This document shows, one piece after another, positions 38,257 to 47,908 of a DNA stretch of 64,000 nucleotides. How positions within the stretch are numbered: position 1 is the first letter of the stretch; every line of letters begins with the position of its first letter. The position numbers and the translations under genes are program-made. The stretch comes from a virus. The stretch spans positions 114,165 to 178,164 of the IMG/VR virus record IMGVR_UViG_3300023199_000051; one strand, written 5' to 3'. Under the pieces are notes generated by a model. It did not search any database. It saw only the letters and a list, made by a program, of their open reading frames with translations, and was not told the origin of the DNA.

Positions 38257-39824
38257 TGAAATGGTTCGACATCGACAAAGAGGGCATGCGCAAGGTGCTT
38301 GCCCGTCGCAGCATCGCCCACGCGCTGCTGGAGCTGGTACAGAACGCGCTCGACGAGCCCGGCACGACGAGCGTGAAGGTGCGGATCAGCCCGGTGCCCC
38401 GCAAGCCCTTCGCCTGGGTCGAGGTGTCCGATGACGCGCCGGAGGGCTTCAAGCGCCTGTCCGACGCCTGGACGCTGTTCGCCGAGAGCTGGAAGAAGGG
38501 GGACGCGACCAAGCGCGGCCGGTTCAACATCGGTGAGAAGCTGGTCCTCGCCATGGCCCGCGAAGCGGCCATCACGACGACGACGGGGACCGTCCTCTTC
38601 GAGGAGGCTGGGCGCCGCCGCACCCGCGCTTCGACCGAGAAGGGCTCCCTGGTCTGGGTGCTGCTCCGCATGACCCGCGCTGATGTGGCTGAGGCGGAAG
38701 CTGTGCTTCACCGCGTCCTGGTCCCGGATGGGATCACCTTGACGGTGGCCGTCACTGGGGAGGGACCGGGCGACGATCTATCCACCGTGGTCGAGCCGTC
38801 GGAGCCCCTGGCCGTCTCCACCGTCTCGCTGCCCACCGAGATCGCCGACGATGGGGGCTACCTGCGCCCCACCGCCCGCAAGACCACAGTCGCCATTCAC
38901 GAGCCTGCCGACGACTCTGGCGCCTGGCTGTATGAGATGGGGATCCCCGTCGTCCAGCTCGACACGCCCTGGTCGGTCGACGTTCAGCAGCGCATCCCGC
39001 TCAACCTCGACCGGGACAACGTCACGCCGGCCTACGCCCGGAAGGTGCACGCCGCGGTGCTCAACACCATGCGGGAAGAGCTGAGTCGCTCCGAGGAGCA
39101 CCGAGGCTTCAGTGCTTGCGAGCCCTGGGTTCGGGAGGCATCTGGCGCTCCAGAATGTGACGACGACGCATTCAAAGCGGTCCTCGACGCACGCTTCGGC
39201 GAAGACCGGGTCATGGCCGACCCCTCCGACCGCGAGGCTGGTATGAACGCCGTCAGTCACGGATACAAGCTGGTGTACGGCAACCAGCTCAACGCCGGGA
39301 AGCGCAGGAAGCTCCGCGAGCTGCGTGCCAAGGGCGACGACCCCCTCGTCCCGGCCGGGCGTACCCGCTTCAAGAGCCCCAAGCCCTACAGCGACGATCC
39401 CGACGCGCCCCAGGTCAAGGTCATCCCCGAGTACGACTGGACCGACCGGCAGCACGAGGTAGTCGCCTACGCCAAGCATGTCGCGGCCGAGCTGGGCGTC
39501 ACGCTCCAGCTCACCGTGCGCATCGTCCACACCACCAACGGCTTCGCAGCCTGCTACAGCCCTGGACAGCTCGACCTCGGACAGCTCGACCTCAACCTCT
39601 TCCGCCTGGGCCACGACTGGTTCAAGGGCACGGGTCCGGGTGCCCTGGAGCGCGTCAACGATCTGTTCATCCACGAGTTCGGTCACCACTACGAGGACAA
39701 CCACCTGTCCAGCGACTACCACGACGCCTTGACCCGCCTGGGGGCAGCTCTGACCCGCGCCGCCTTGGAGCGGCGGCTGCGCCCTGGCGACTTCGGCTAC
39801 AAGCTGTCTGGGGGTGCGCAATGA
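38256..39824 (+). CDS. GHKL (HSP90/MORC-like) ATPase with C-terminal HExxH motif
   Basis: LLELVQNALD, VSDD, GRFNIGEK, KGS; LFIHEFGH. Confidence 0.78.
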   Translation: MKWFDIDKEGMRKVLARRSIAHALLELVQNALDEPGTTSVKVRISPVPRKPFAWVEVSDDAPEGFKRLSDAWTLFAESWKKGDATKRGRFNIGEKLVLAMAREAAITTTTGTVLFEEAGRRRTRASTEKGSLVWVLLRMTRADVAEAEAVLHRVLVPDGITLTVAVTGEGPGDDLSTVVEPSEPLAVSTVSLPTEIADDGGYLRPTARKTTVAIHEPADDSGAWLYEMGIPVVQLDTPWSVDVQQRIPLNLDRDNVTPAYARKVHAAVLNTMREELSRSEEHRGFSACEPWVREASGAPECDDDAFKAVLDARFGEDRVMADPSDREAGMNAVSHGYKLVYGNQLNAGKRRKLRELRAKGDDPLVPAGRTRFKSPKPYSDDPDAPQVKVIPEYDWTDRQHEVVAYAKHVAAELGVTLQLTVRIVHTTNGFAACYSPGQLDLGQLDLNLFRLGHDWFKGTGPGALERVNDLFIHEFGHHYEDNHLSSDYHDALTRLGAALTRAALERRLRPGDFGYKLSGGAQ

Positions 39825-40525
39825 GCAACCCCCTCGACAACATCGACGACGCCACACTGGCAGCTGCAGTGCGGGAGGCGCTGTACGTCGAAGCCTGCCA
39901 CGTCACAGGAACGCACAATCCACGGCACACACCCCTGTACATCTGCGTGGAACAGAAGAGGGCGATGGTCGGCCGGTTGCTGCGGGAGCTGAAGCTGAGT
40001 GCCTACGACCTTCCCCGAAAGGGGGACTACTGGACACGGCGGTACCAGGAGCAGGCCAAGAGCGGCGACCAGAAAGCGTTGCTTACCTGGGGCATGGAGG
40101 AGGCATGGCTGGACTACTGGGCGCCTGCTGACGTGCTACGGGGCCTGGACCATGGACCCTGGGACTACGGAGAACGGGAGCGGCTGGCGCGCCGCCTGCG
40201 TAAGGAGCTGACCATCGAGATCCCCCTCTCGACGTCGGCTGGCAGGAAGGCTGGCAAGTACCACGGGCCCTTGGTCGGCATCGAGATGGTGGCACATGGG
40301 CTCCTCATCACGCCCCGGCCGAACCTGTACTCGGTGAGCACTTTCCGGTACTGGCTCCTGGTGAGGCTGACTGGTGGCGTGCGCCTGGTCACGGTCGACG
40401 GCAGCTACCACAAGGCCGACACCGAAGCGCCTACCAGCACTCCCCTCTCCGGGGCCAAAGAGATTGCATCGTGCATCAAAGAGTGCGTCGAAGCACTGAA
40501 ACCGGCAGATACCTCCACGTCGTAG
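39821..40525 (+). CDS. Hypothetical protein
   Basis: ATGA overlap, 234 aa. Confidence 0.55.
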   Translation: MSNPLDNIDDATLAAAVREALYVEACHVTGTHNPRHTPLYICVEQKRAMVGRLLRELKLSAYDLPRKGDYWTRRYQEQAKSGDQKALLTWGMEEAWLDYWAPADVLRGLDHGPWDYGERERLARRLRKELTIEIPLSTSAGRKAGKYHGPLVGIEMVAHGLLITPRPNLYSVSTFRYWLLVRLTGGVRLVTVDGSYHKADTEAPTSTPLSGAKEIASCIKECVEALKPADTSTS

Positions 40526-40541
40526 CCTCTCGTGCTACATT
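40521..40541 (+). promoter_or_regulatory. Conserved operator motif variant
   Basis: CGTAG-N9-CTACATT. Confidence 0.5.
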
Positions 40542-40730
40542 CCTGATACACCCTCACTGTTGACATCCCGGAGTAGGCATGTCTGAGTCCACACACCGCG
40601 AGACTGACCGCGAACGCGAGGCGCGACTGCGCCGGTATGCCTTCGTCGCCACCGTGCTGCTTGCGCCCTTCTGGGTGCCGGCTGGCATCGCTGCAGGGCT
40701 CATGGATAGCTGCTGCCAGCGGGGGGCGCA

Positions 40731-41240
40731 ATGACTGAAGCTGCCATCCGTGCCGAGTTCGAGCGCCTGTGCACCCTGGATGTCTTCGGAGGCGTCTTCG
40801 ACGAACGGCTGCCCGCGCTCCACCTTGAGCAGCACAGCGACGTCCGGCGCTGCAAGGGCGAAGCCGATCTCGATGACTGGCTCGTCGTCGTGCACCTCTG
40901 GGAGGGGCAGAGCTGGGGTGAGACACGCGAGACGATGCTGCACGAGCTGGTGCATCTGTCGGGGCCAGCCTGCTGGCGCGGCCACTACGCACCCTTCAAG
41001 CGCAAGCTGCTCGCAGCTGCACTGGAAGCCTGGGGCTTGCAGGGCAGCCTGCTCGGGTGGACGCCGTGCCAGCCGTACCGCCAGCTCGACCACCATCTCG
41101 TCGACGCCCTGGACCACCCATGGAGGACAGCTGTGAAGAGGGCTGTCGCTGAAGCGGTGGAACACCTGCGACTGCTGCTGTCCGTGAGGGCGGTCGGAGC
41201 GGCTGGCTGCACCGGGCTGCGGGGGGCCGGTGATGAATGA
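40731..41240 (+). CDS. SprT-like zinc metalloprotease domain protein
   Basis: ETMLHELVHL...HYAPFK. Confidence 0.7.
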   Translation: MTEAAIRAEFERLCTLDVFGGVFDERLPALHLEQHSDVRRCKGEADLDDWLVVVHLWEGQSWGETRETMLHELVHLSGPACWRGHYAPFKRKLLAAALEAWGLQGSLLGWTPCQPYRQLDHHLVDALDHPWRTAVKRAVAEAVEHLRLLLSVRAVGAAGCTGLRGAGDE

Positions 41241-41490
41241 CCGCCTGCCTTGTGGCCACCACACTGCGTGTGTCGTCTCCACCGACGAGGGCACGCACTA
41301 TTGCGGGCGGTGCGAGGAGGTTGCTCGCCTCCTCGACGACACCGAGCGGCTGCAGGCCGAGATTGACCGCCTGCAAGCCAACGCCACCGCCCGCGAAGGG
41401 TTGCTGCGCCGCCGGACTGATGCACTACGTGAGGCCGAGCGGGAGCGGGCTGCCTTGCGGTCGCGGTCGGAGGAGGACCCCGATGCGTGA
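41230..41490 (+). CDS. Hypothetical protein (Zn-finger plus coiled coil)
   Basis: CGHH...CGRC then heptads. Confidence 0.45.
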   Translation: MMNDRLPCGHHTACVVSTDEGTHYCGRCEEVARLLDDTERLQAEIDRLQANATAREGLLRRRTDALREAERERAALRSRSEEDPDA

Positions 41491-41569
41491 TCCGCACTGG
41501 CATGCCGTCGGACAGGTAGGAATCTTTCGAGGATAGGTGACGCAGGTACCTTTGAGAGGGTATGTAGTA

Positions 41570-41590
41570 TGTGTCACATTAGACTACACC
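41570..41590 (+). promoter_or_regulatory. Conserved promoter/operator motif upstream of cas operon
   Basis: TGTGTCACATTAGACTACACC. Confidence 0.65.
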
Positions 41591-41628
41591 GCACACACTG
41601 AACACCCAGCACCGAGGACTCAACAGCA

Positions 41629-42432
41629 ATGGATACTGCGACCCACCGAAGAGGTGCGGACCGTGACCAGCACGTCACGCTCCGCCTCTGGGGACTGGAA
41701 GCGCTGTGGACGCCGGCGCACGTCCGGGCCAACCCCTACAGCTACCCGGTTCCGACCTACAGCGCGTTGAAGGGCGTCCTTCGCGCCATCTACTGGAAGC
41801 CGCCCTTCGAGTACGAGCCCTTGTGGGTGTCCGTGCTCAAGCCGATCCGGTACGAGACCCGATCGATGATCGGAGTGGTCAACACCCTGGCACAGGCTGA
41901 CAAGGACCCTGACGGTAACGGCGGCCGTACTCGCTACACGCAGAGCATCCTGTGGGACGTCGACTACGTGGTGCGGGCGCGGCTCGTCAAGAACCCCCAC
42001 TACCCGCACAAGACGCTGCATGCGTACCACCAGGAGATTCTGCGACGGATGCGGCGTGGCGAGCAGTATGGGCCGCTGTACATGGGCAAGTCCGAGTTCG
42101 CCGCCAACTACGAGCTGATCGAGGAGGGCGACGAGCTTCCAGCCCCGCAACCCATCACGATGGACCTGGGGAGCATGCTCTTCGATCAGATCCCCCTACA
42201 GCTGGGCAGCTGGCGCAGCCGGAGGAGGTGGCGCAAGCGGAAGGCTGCAGGCCGCAAGGTCAGCAAGCGGGAGCCCTGGAAGCAGGAGCTGATGCCCGTG
42301 TTCCACAAGGCCACGATGCAGGGCGGCGTGGTTCACTTCCCGGCCGATCTGATGGACCGCTACCGCGACCAGATCTTCGAGGCGCGGGCCAAGACCCACC
42401 AGGACACGAGGGGGGACCATGTTGCTGCTTGA
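41629..42432 (+). CDS. cas5: Type I-C Cas5 (Cas5d)
   Basis: LRLWG...SYPVPTYSALKGVLRAIYWKP...VLKPIRY...ILWDVDYVV...LYMGKSEF matches the Cas5c/d pattern. Confidence 0.92.
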   Translation: MDTATHRRGADRDQHVTLRLWGLEALWTPAHVRANPYSYPVPTYSALKGVLRAIYWKPPFEYEPLWVSVLKPIRYETRSMIGVVNTLAQADKDPDGNGGRTRYTQSILWDVDYVVRARLVKNPHYPHKTLHAYHQEILRRMRRGEQYGPLYMGKSEFAANYELIEEGDELPAPQPITMDLGSMLFDQIPLQLGSWRSRRRWRKRKAAGRKVSKREPWKQELMPVFHKATMQGGVVHFPADLMDRYRDQIFEARAKTHQDTRGDHVAA

Positions 42433-44362
42433 CAAGCTGATCGAGCGATCGCGTCATACCCAGGTGCTCCCAGGATACGCCAAGTCCGAGTTCTCTGTTG
42501 TGCTGCACGTCGGGAAGGATGGCACCTTCAAGGGCATCGAGGTGCTCGATGAGCCTCGCACCGAGATCGTGCCCACCAATCCGGTCAGGACAAGCTCTGT
42601 GGTGGCAATGACTGCCATCGACAACGCGCTGTACACCCTGGGGGCCGCGCCTCCTGGCCGGTCTGCCGAGTGGGTTGCGAAGCGCCACCAAGCGTACCTC
42701 GGCATGCTGAGCAAGATCGACCACCCTGCATGCAGGCTGATCGAGAAGGCACTGGCGCAGAGCCCAGCCGTGGTGGGGTGGGACAAGCAGGTGCCCACGC
42801 AGGCGCAGCTTGCCCAGGTCATGGAAGCTGATGAAGTACAGCGCACCGGGCCTGGCAAGAAGGCGCTGATCAAGCGTGGAAAACTGACGCCGAACAGCCA
42901 GGTGGTGGGCGCGCACAAGTGCGCCATCACCAGCGCAGCTCGCTACGTAGACGCAGCCTCTGTGCTGCATGTGTCGGGCCTCAGCGACAAGTCGATGATC
43001 CTGATTGACGTCGAGGGCCACGAGCAGTGGTGGTGCGATCCCGCTGTGGACGCGGTGCACACCAGGCGTCGGCTGGAGGCCAACAACCGAGAGGGGACAC
43101 CCCGCATGTGGCCGTGCTCCCTGTGCGGGGAGACGCGCACCATCACCCGGCTGTTCCGCTCCAGCCACGTCCTGAGCGGTGGCCTCATCAGCTTCAACGG
43201 AGCTGCGTGGAGTGGCTACAACCGCAAGCAGGGCCGCTGTGCACCTACGTGCATGGAGTGTGCAGAGCGCATCGGCATCGGCCTCGACGCCATCCTGCGC
43301 ACCCCAGGCACGCTCAAGTGGCTGGGTGGGGAGGAGGACTATCGGCTTGTGTGGTGGGCTGACGATCCCGGCAAGCCGGGCCCGTGGCCTGCGCTCAGCA
43401 AGGCGCTCGACATGGAGACGCCCGACGAGGATGCGGAGGAGCTGCTCAGTCAGATCACAGCCGGCCAGCTCATCAGCCTCACTCAGCAGGAGAAGCGTCT
43501 GTCGCTACGGCGTCACGTCCAGGTGGACCCCGAGGTGGTGCGGGAACGTGTCATGCGGTGGCGGCGCGTCCACCGCCGCTTCCTGGGGGAAGACCGGCAA
43601 GCATGGCCCGTGAGCACCGCTCATGCGTTGCGCTTCGATGGAGCCACGAGGCAGGCGAAGCTGTCGAACCGGAACCCCGGACTCCTGCGGCGCCAGGAGA
43701 TGATCTACCTGTACCTCCTCGGCGGACAGCCGTTCTGCCGACGAGAGACCAACTGGGCGCAAGCACTGTTGGACAGGCAGCACCCCGACGACCACCAGAA
43801 GACAACCAACCTGCGCCGGGCGGCGTTTCTGACGTTCGCCGGTGCTCCCTACCAGCAGGAGAAAGACATGGAGTTCGCAGTGACTGCGTACGACGACAAG
43901 GGACGTCCGATCAGGACGTGCCGAGCCCCGGAGGAAAGCAACCTCGACCTGGCCGAGCTGGCCGTGTTCTACCTCGGACGCGCCCTCGCTCGGGCAGCCG
44001 ACAACCAGACCAGTGGGGGTCGCTCCGTCCAGACGCGCGTCGACAGCACCTACAGCAACCTCGTGAAGCGGCGCCCCGGCGACGTCTACAGGATCATCAA
44101 GTCCAGCTACAGCCAGTACGAGTTCTTCAACGAGAAGACGCAGCGCCGGACGAAGGTCGACGACAAGGTGATGGAGGTACTGCTGAGCCGGACGGTGGAG
44201 TTCCAGCCGCTCAACGGCCTCCCTGCCCCCATGGATCCCCGCCAGTGCGTCATCTTCGACAAGGGCTACTACTTCCAGCGCTTCCTCCGGGATGCATACA
44301 TGGAGGTGTGTGCGCAGGAGGCTGCCGAGGAGGAGGCTGCCGAGGAGGTGGCTGCCAAGTAG
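42419..44362 (+). CDS. cas8c: Type I-C large subunit Cas8c (Csd1)
   Basis: RTSS...DNALYTLG; CSLCG...LISFN..AWSGY.RKQG..AP; FYLGR; position between cas5 and cas7. Confidence 0.88.
   Translation: MLLLDKLIERSRHTQVLPGYAKSEFSVVLHVGKDGTFKGIEVLDEPRTEIVPTNPVRTSSVVAMTAIDNALYTLGAAPPGRSAEWVAKRHQAYLGMLSKIDHPACRLIEKALAQSPAVVGWDKQVPTQAQLAQVMEADEVQRTGPGKKALIKRGKLTPNSQVVGAHKCAITSAARYVDAASVLHVSGLSDKSMILIDVEGHEQWWCDPAVDAVHTRRRLEANNREGTPRMWPCSLCGETRTITRLFRSSHVLSGGLISFNGAAWSGYNRKQGRCAPTCMECAERIGIGLDAILRTPGTLKWLGGEEDYRLVWWADDPGKPGPWPALSKALDMETPDEDAEELLSQITAGQLISLTQQEKRLSLRRHVQVDPEVVRERVMRWRRVHRRFLGEDRQAWPVSTAHALRFDGATRQAKLSNRNPGLLRRQEMIYLYLLGGQPFCRRETNWAQALLDRQHPDDHQKTTNLRRAAFLTFAGAPYQQEKDMEFAVTAYDDKGRPIRTCRAPEESNLDLAELAVFYLGRALARAADNQTSGGRSVQTRVDSTYSNLVKRRPGDVYRIIKSSYSQYEFFNEKTQRRTKVDDKVMEVLLSRTVEFQPLNGLPAPMDPRQCVIFDKGYYFQRFLRDAYMEVCAQEAAEEEAAEEVAAK
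43868..44362 (+). CDS. cas11: Cas11 small subunit by internal in-frame translation
   Basis: AGGAG (43857-61), 6 nt, in-frame ATG; 164 aa containing FYLGRAL. Confidence 0.65.
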   Translation: MEFAVTAYDDKGRPIRTCRAPEESNLDLAELAVFYLGRALARAADNQTSGGRSVQTRVDSTYSNLVKRRPGDVYRIIKSSYSQYEFFNEKTQRRTKVDDKVMEVLLSRTVEFQPLNGLPAPMDPRQCVIFDKGYYFQRFLRDAYMEVCAQEAAEEEAAEEVAAK

Positions 44363-44375
44363 GCGTTCCTCCACA

Positions 44376-44427
44376 CTCAACACCCTTCGACTCAACACCC
44401 TTCGACTCAACACCCTTCGACTCAACA
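44376..44427 (+). repeat. 15-bp tandem repeat CTCAACACCCTTCGA x3.5 between cas8c and cas7
   Basis: Directly visible. Confidence 0.9.
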
Positions 44428-44444
44428 ACCACGAGGACTGAACC

Positions 44445-45368
44445 ATGACCACCCCCCACACCCCCACCACCTTCGACCCCGACTATGGGCTCCCCTGCGA
44501 CCCCAGGCAGAGCATGACCATGGTCGTGCTGCTGAGCTGCTACCACGGCATCCTCAACATGCGCCCAGACGGCTCTGGAGAGCCCCGCATGGACCCTGAC
44601 GGGCACAGCACCGCGACCGGCGAGTGCATCAAGCGCATCTGGCGCGACGGCGTGAAGATCGCAGGCGGCCTCGACCTCCTCTACGAGCGCGACTGCGACA
44701 TCGGGGACCGCACGTCCCCCTACGTCATCAAGAAGGGCAAGGAGGCGGGCAAGCTCGACCTCGAACGGATGTGCGCGGACTTCTGGGATGCTCCCCTGGG
44801 CACCCCGGCCACGGCGGCGAAGAAGCAGGCCGCGCTCCGCAGCGCACTGACCGTGCAGCTCTCGCGCAGCGTCGACGAGGTGCTCCCCGACCTGGAGCAC
44901 TTCGCTGGGACCATCGGCAACACCAAGGAGCGGGACGGCGCAGGTGACAGCAAGGAGAGCTACCTCTCTCGCGCCTTCAACACGCGCTTCCGCGTGCCCT
45001 TCGCCACCTACGTCACGCCCGTGATCTACCACCCGATGCTCGGCGCGAAGTACGGGATCACGCCTCAGTGGTTCCAGTCGCTGTACACCGGCATGATTGA
45101 CGGTCCCGAACACATCCTGTCCACCCAGCGGTCGGACCTCCGCGTGGAGGGGGTGTACGTCTTCACCACGTCGAAGATGCGGGGCGGCGAGCGCAAGTGC
45201 GACACCGTCAGCCGCGTGAAGATCGCGTGCAAGGAGGGCGTCATCGGAGGGCGTGCCAAGCGCTTCAGCGACTACGAGATCACCGTCGACGACGACATGC
45301 CCCCCTGGATGCAGCTCTACAGCTACGTGCCCGCCCTGCAGCGCAGCGAGCAGGCCGCCGCCAAGTAG
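44445..45368 (+). CDS. cas7: Type I-C Cas7 (Csd2), divergent
   Basis: GILNMRPDGSGEPRMDPDGHSTATGECIKRIWRD parallels NGNPNGDPD..NxPR.D....VTDVCLKRKIR; VQLSRSVD. Confidence 0.88.
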   Translation: MTTPHTPTTFDPDYGLPCDPRQSMTMVVLLSCYHGILNMRPDGSGEPRMDPDGHSTATGECIKRIWRDGVKIAGGLDLLYERDCDIGDRTSPYVIKKGKEAGKLDLERMCADFWDAPLGTPATAAKKQAALRSALTVQLSRSVDEVLPDLEHFAGTIGNTKERDGAGDSKESYLSRAFNTRFRVPFATYVTPVIYHPMLGAKYGITPQWFQSLYTGMIDGPEHILSTQRSDLRVEGVYVFTTSKMRGGERKCDTVSRVKIACKEGVIGGRAKRFSDYEITVDDDMPPWMQLYSYVPALQRSEQAAAK

Positions 45369-45397
45369 AACGCGCCCACACACACAAGGAGACCCCC

Positions 45398-47719
45398 ATG
45401 AAGTACAAGCCCCTCAGAGCGTGCCAACAGAGCGCGCTGGATTCCATGATGCCTCTCGACTGGCGCACCTTCGTCCTCGCCGCTCCAACCGGCAGCGGTA
45501 AGTCGTGGGTGATCGCGGGCCTCGCGTACCTCAACCTCAGGTGGCAGGGGAGACGTCCTGCCTGCTGGGGTGACGCCTCCGAGGTCAAGAAGGTCATCGT
45601 GGCCACTCCGATGCAGCACATCGAGAGCGGCTACGTAGACGAGGCGTGCTTCCATTACTCCGCGGAGGGGGTCCGCACGCCGCTGCGCGTCAAGGTGGCC
45701 GAGGACTTCTGGCTGCGCGTCCGGGAGATGAAGGGTGCGGCCGGGGACAACCTGCGCAAGCTCGTGTCCGGCGAGAAGGGCACGGGTGGGCGGGCCATCC
45801 TCACGTCACACCAGCTCCTTGTGAGCGTCTACAAGGACGGGGGGTTGCCGGCCGACATGAGCGACACGATCATCATCCTCGATGAGGGCCACCACCACGG
45901 GGAGTCTCCTACTGCGATCTACCGCGTGGTTCAGGAGATGAGGCGGCGAGGAGCCCGAAGCGTGCTGCCAACAGCGACCCCTCTCCGGTCTGATGGACAT
46001 GCGCTCCACGCAGTCAGTGATGGAGTGAAGTGGCACATCACAACCTACTCCTCACTCGCCAGGCGGAAAGAGGCCCCCTCCAAGCTGTGCCTGGACGTAG
46101 CCACCAGCAGTGCAGGGGGACGCGCACGCGACTACTTGCTGGGGCAGGACCTCGACCTCATCGTCGACAAGGCACTGGCCTACCGCGACGAGAGCGGTGC
46201 CCTCAGACCTGTACACATCCACCTGCCGCCGTCCGCCTACAAGGGCCAGGCATACGCCGTGGCCCAGCTGGTGATCGAGCGGCTTGTGGCCCGTGGTGTG
46301 CCTCGCAGCGTCATCCTCGACACGACCTCGACCGAAGACACATCGGAGGAAGTGTCGAAGAAGACGCAGCGCGTCCTCAAGGCGGAGAACGCGCGCATCA
46401 AGGAGGGAGGCTACGAAGCCGCCGCAATCCGGGTCGTCATTGACTGCAAGCGCTTCGGTGAAGGTGCCAACCTCCCGACGCTGTCGCATGTCATCCTCGT
46501 CGGCGTCACGCAGTCGCTGGCACATCTCATCCAGATCATCGGACGCAGCACGCGCTGCAAGCTCCCACCGGCTCTCGCAGGATACCCAGAGCAGTGGCAG
46601 GATGAAGTCCGCGTCACAGCGCTGGTGCCTCACCTTGACAGCCCGACTGCCATCGAGGACCACGCAGCGCGGATCGTCATGCTGTCCTGCCTCTTGGAGT
46701 GCTCGACAGCCGCCTACGACATCGAGTGCTTCTGGGCCCCCTACGCTCCTGGGATGCGCCTGCCGCCTCGCACGCCTATCACAAAGGGCGACGTATCTCA
46801 GCTGGCTCCGCTCTCCCCGGAGGAGCGGGTAGAAGGGGCCATGGTAGGCACGAAGGCCGCCGCACGGCTGTGGAAGCTGTATGGCCGCATGCCGACCATC
46901 GAAGAGCTGCTGCGGGAGGTCGGGATCATCCTGGGCGGCGAAGACCGGACGGTCCTGGAGACCATCCTTAGCCAGGCCGCCGAGGCAGATCCGGCAGTAG
47001 CTGCATCACTGGAAGAGGCCGCCGCCGATGTCTGCGACCGGCTTCAAGAAGCCTTCGACCAGGAAGACATCAAAGACAGGTCCGAGCTGACGGCCTGGTA
47101 CGAAGAGCACATGCACGACGCCCTCAAGCAGGTTGCCAAGAACCACGCCGATCTCACCTACCCTCACCATGTAGGAGATCGTCTGGTGGGACTCAGCAGC
47201 GTCCTGTCAGCAGACCGCATGGCCAAGATCGTCGCCGAGATGGAGACGGGCCGGGACGCAGCCTTCAACACGATGAGCCTCCCCGAGATCATCGAGAACA
47301 CCATCAACCCCTTCATAGCGAAGCACAAGAAGCTGCCGCAGCTCGACGATCCCATGTGGCTCGACTCCGCCTACCAGCACGACTACCAGATCATGCGTGC
47401 CGTCGATCGGCACCTGCGCAGGAAGGGCATCAGCTTGTCGCATGCAAACGCGCTACGGCAGTACCTCCACCAGGGTCCAGTCGACAAGGCCACCATGAGC
47501 CTCGTCCGGCAGGTCTTTGCGGGGCGGCGGCTTCCAATGTTCACCGTCGAGGATTGGAAGAAGCCCAGCCAGCTCGCAGCTGCAATGCAGACACCGCGGC
47601 TCAACTTGCAGCGGTACGGTGTCCGTGGCGAGAGCCTGCTGCACCTGACCATGTGCGCTCGCTACGGCTGGAGGGGCTTCGAGGGAGGTCAGTCGCTCCC
47701 CGAGGCCCTTGGCCTCTAG
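45398..47719 (+). CDS. Cas-associated SF2 (ResIII-like) helicase lacking an HD nuclease domain
   Basis: AAGGAG RBS, ATG 45398; APTGSGKS starts at residue 29; ILDEGHH, TATPLRSD, GEGANLP, QIIGRSTR. Confidence 0.88.
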   Translation: MKYKPLRACQQSALDSMMPLDWRTFVLAAPTGSGKSWVIAGLAYLNLRWQGRRPACWGDASEVKKVIVATPMQHIESGYVDEACFHYSAEGVRTPLRVKVAEDFWLRVREMKGAAGDNLRKLVSGEKGTGGRAILTSHQLLVSVYKDGGLPADMSDTIIILDEGHHHGESPTAIYRVVQEMRRRGARSVLPTATPLRSDGHALHAVSDGVKWHITTYSSLARRKEAPSKLCLDVATSSAGGRARDYLLGQDLDLIVDKALAYRDESGALRPVHIHLPPSAYKGQAYAVAQLVIERLVARGVPRSVILDTTSTEDTSEEVSKKTQRVLKAENARIKEGGYEAAAIRVVIDCKRFGEGANLPTLSHVILVGVTQSLAHLIQIIGRSTRCKLPPALAGYPEQWQDEVRVTALVPHLDSPTAIEDHAARIVMLSCLLECSTAAYDIECFWAPYAPGMRLPPRTPITKGDVSQLAPLSPEERVEGAMVGTKAAARLWKLYGRMPTIEELLREVGIILGGEDRTVLETILSQAAEADPAVAASLEEAAADVCDRLQEAFDQEDIKDRSELTAWYEEHMHDALKQVAKNHADLTYPHHVGDRLVGLSSVLSADRMAKIVAEMETGRDAAFNTMSLPEIIENTINPFIAKHKKLPQLDDPMWLDSAYQHDYQIMRAVDRHLRRKGISLSHANALRQYLHQGPVDKATMSLVRQVFAGRRLPMFTVEDWKKPSQLAAAMQTPRLNLQRYGVRGESLLHLTMCARYGWRGFEGGQSLPEALGL

Positions 47720-47729
47720 TTTCATGCTG

Positions 47730-47908
47730 CGAGCGGTCCAGTGCTGCACTACAGCACGGTCACCGCTCGCAGTGACCTTTGATCCTTGAAAACCAGCGAG
47801 GGCTGCTGGCCAAGCAGCTCCGTGAAGTACCTTCTCACTGCATCGCAGAGGGGACCGCTCGCACAGCTACCCGGAGCCCCGCTCTGTGTGCGAATCGTGA
47901 GTAGGGAG
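47730..47908 (+). promoter_or_regulatory. CRISPR leader 2 (boxA-like element 47779-47793)
   Basis: Shares blocks with leader 1; starts 10 nt after the helicase stop. Confidence 0.8.

Noticed and set aside
45197-45397. Longer ORF-track start for the helicase
   Set aside because: It overlaps cas7 in another frame and reads as R/A-rich shadow sequence; the strong RBS is at ATG 45398, and the extension contains no HD motif.
45398-47719. Calling the helicase cas3 or dinG
   Set aside because: No HD domain, ResIII-like motif III, and no DinG Fe-S cysteine pattern recognised; left unnamed.
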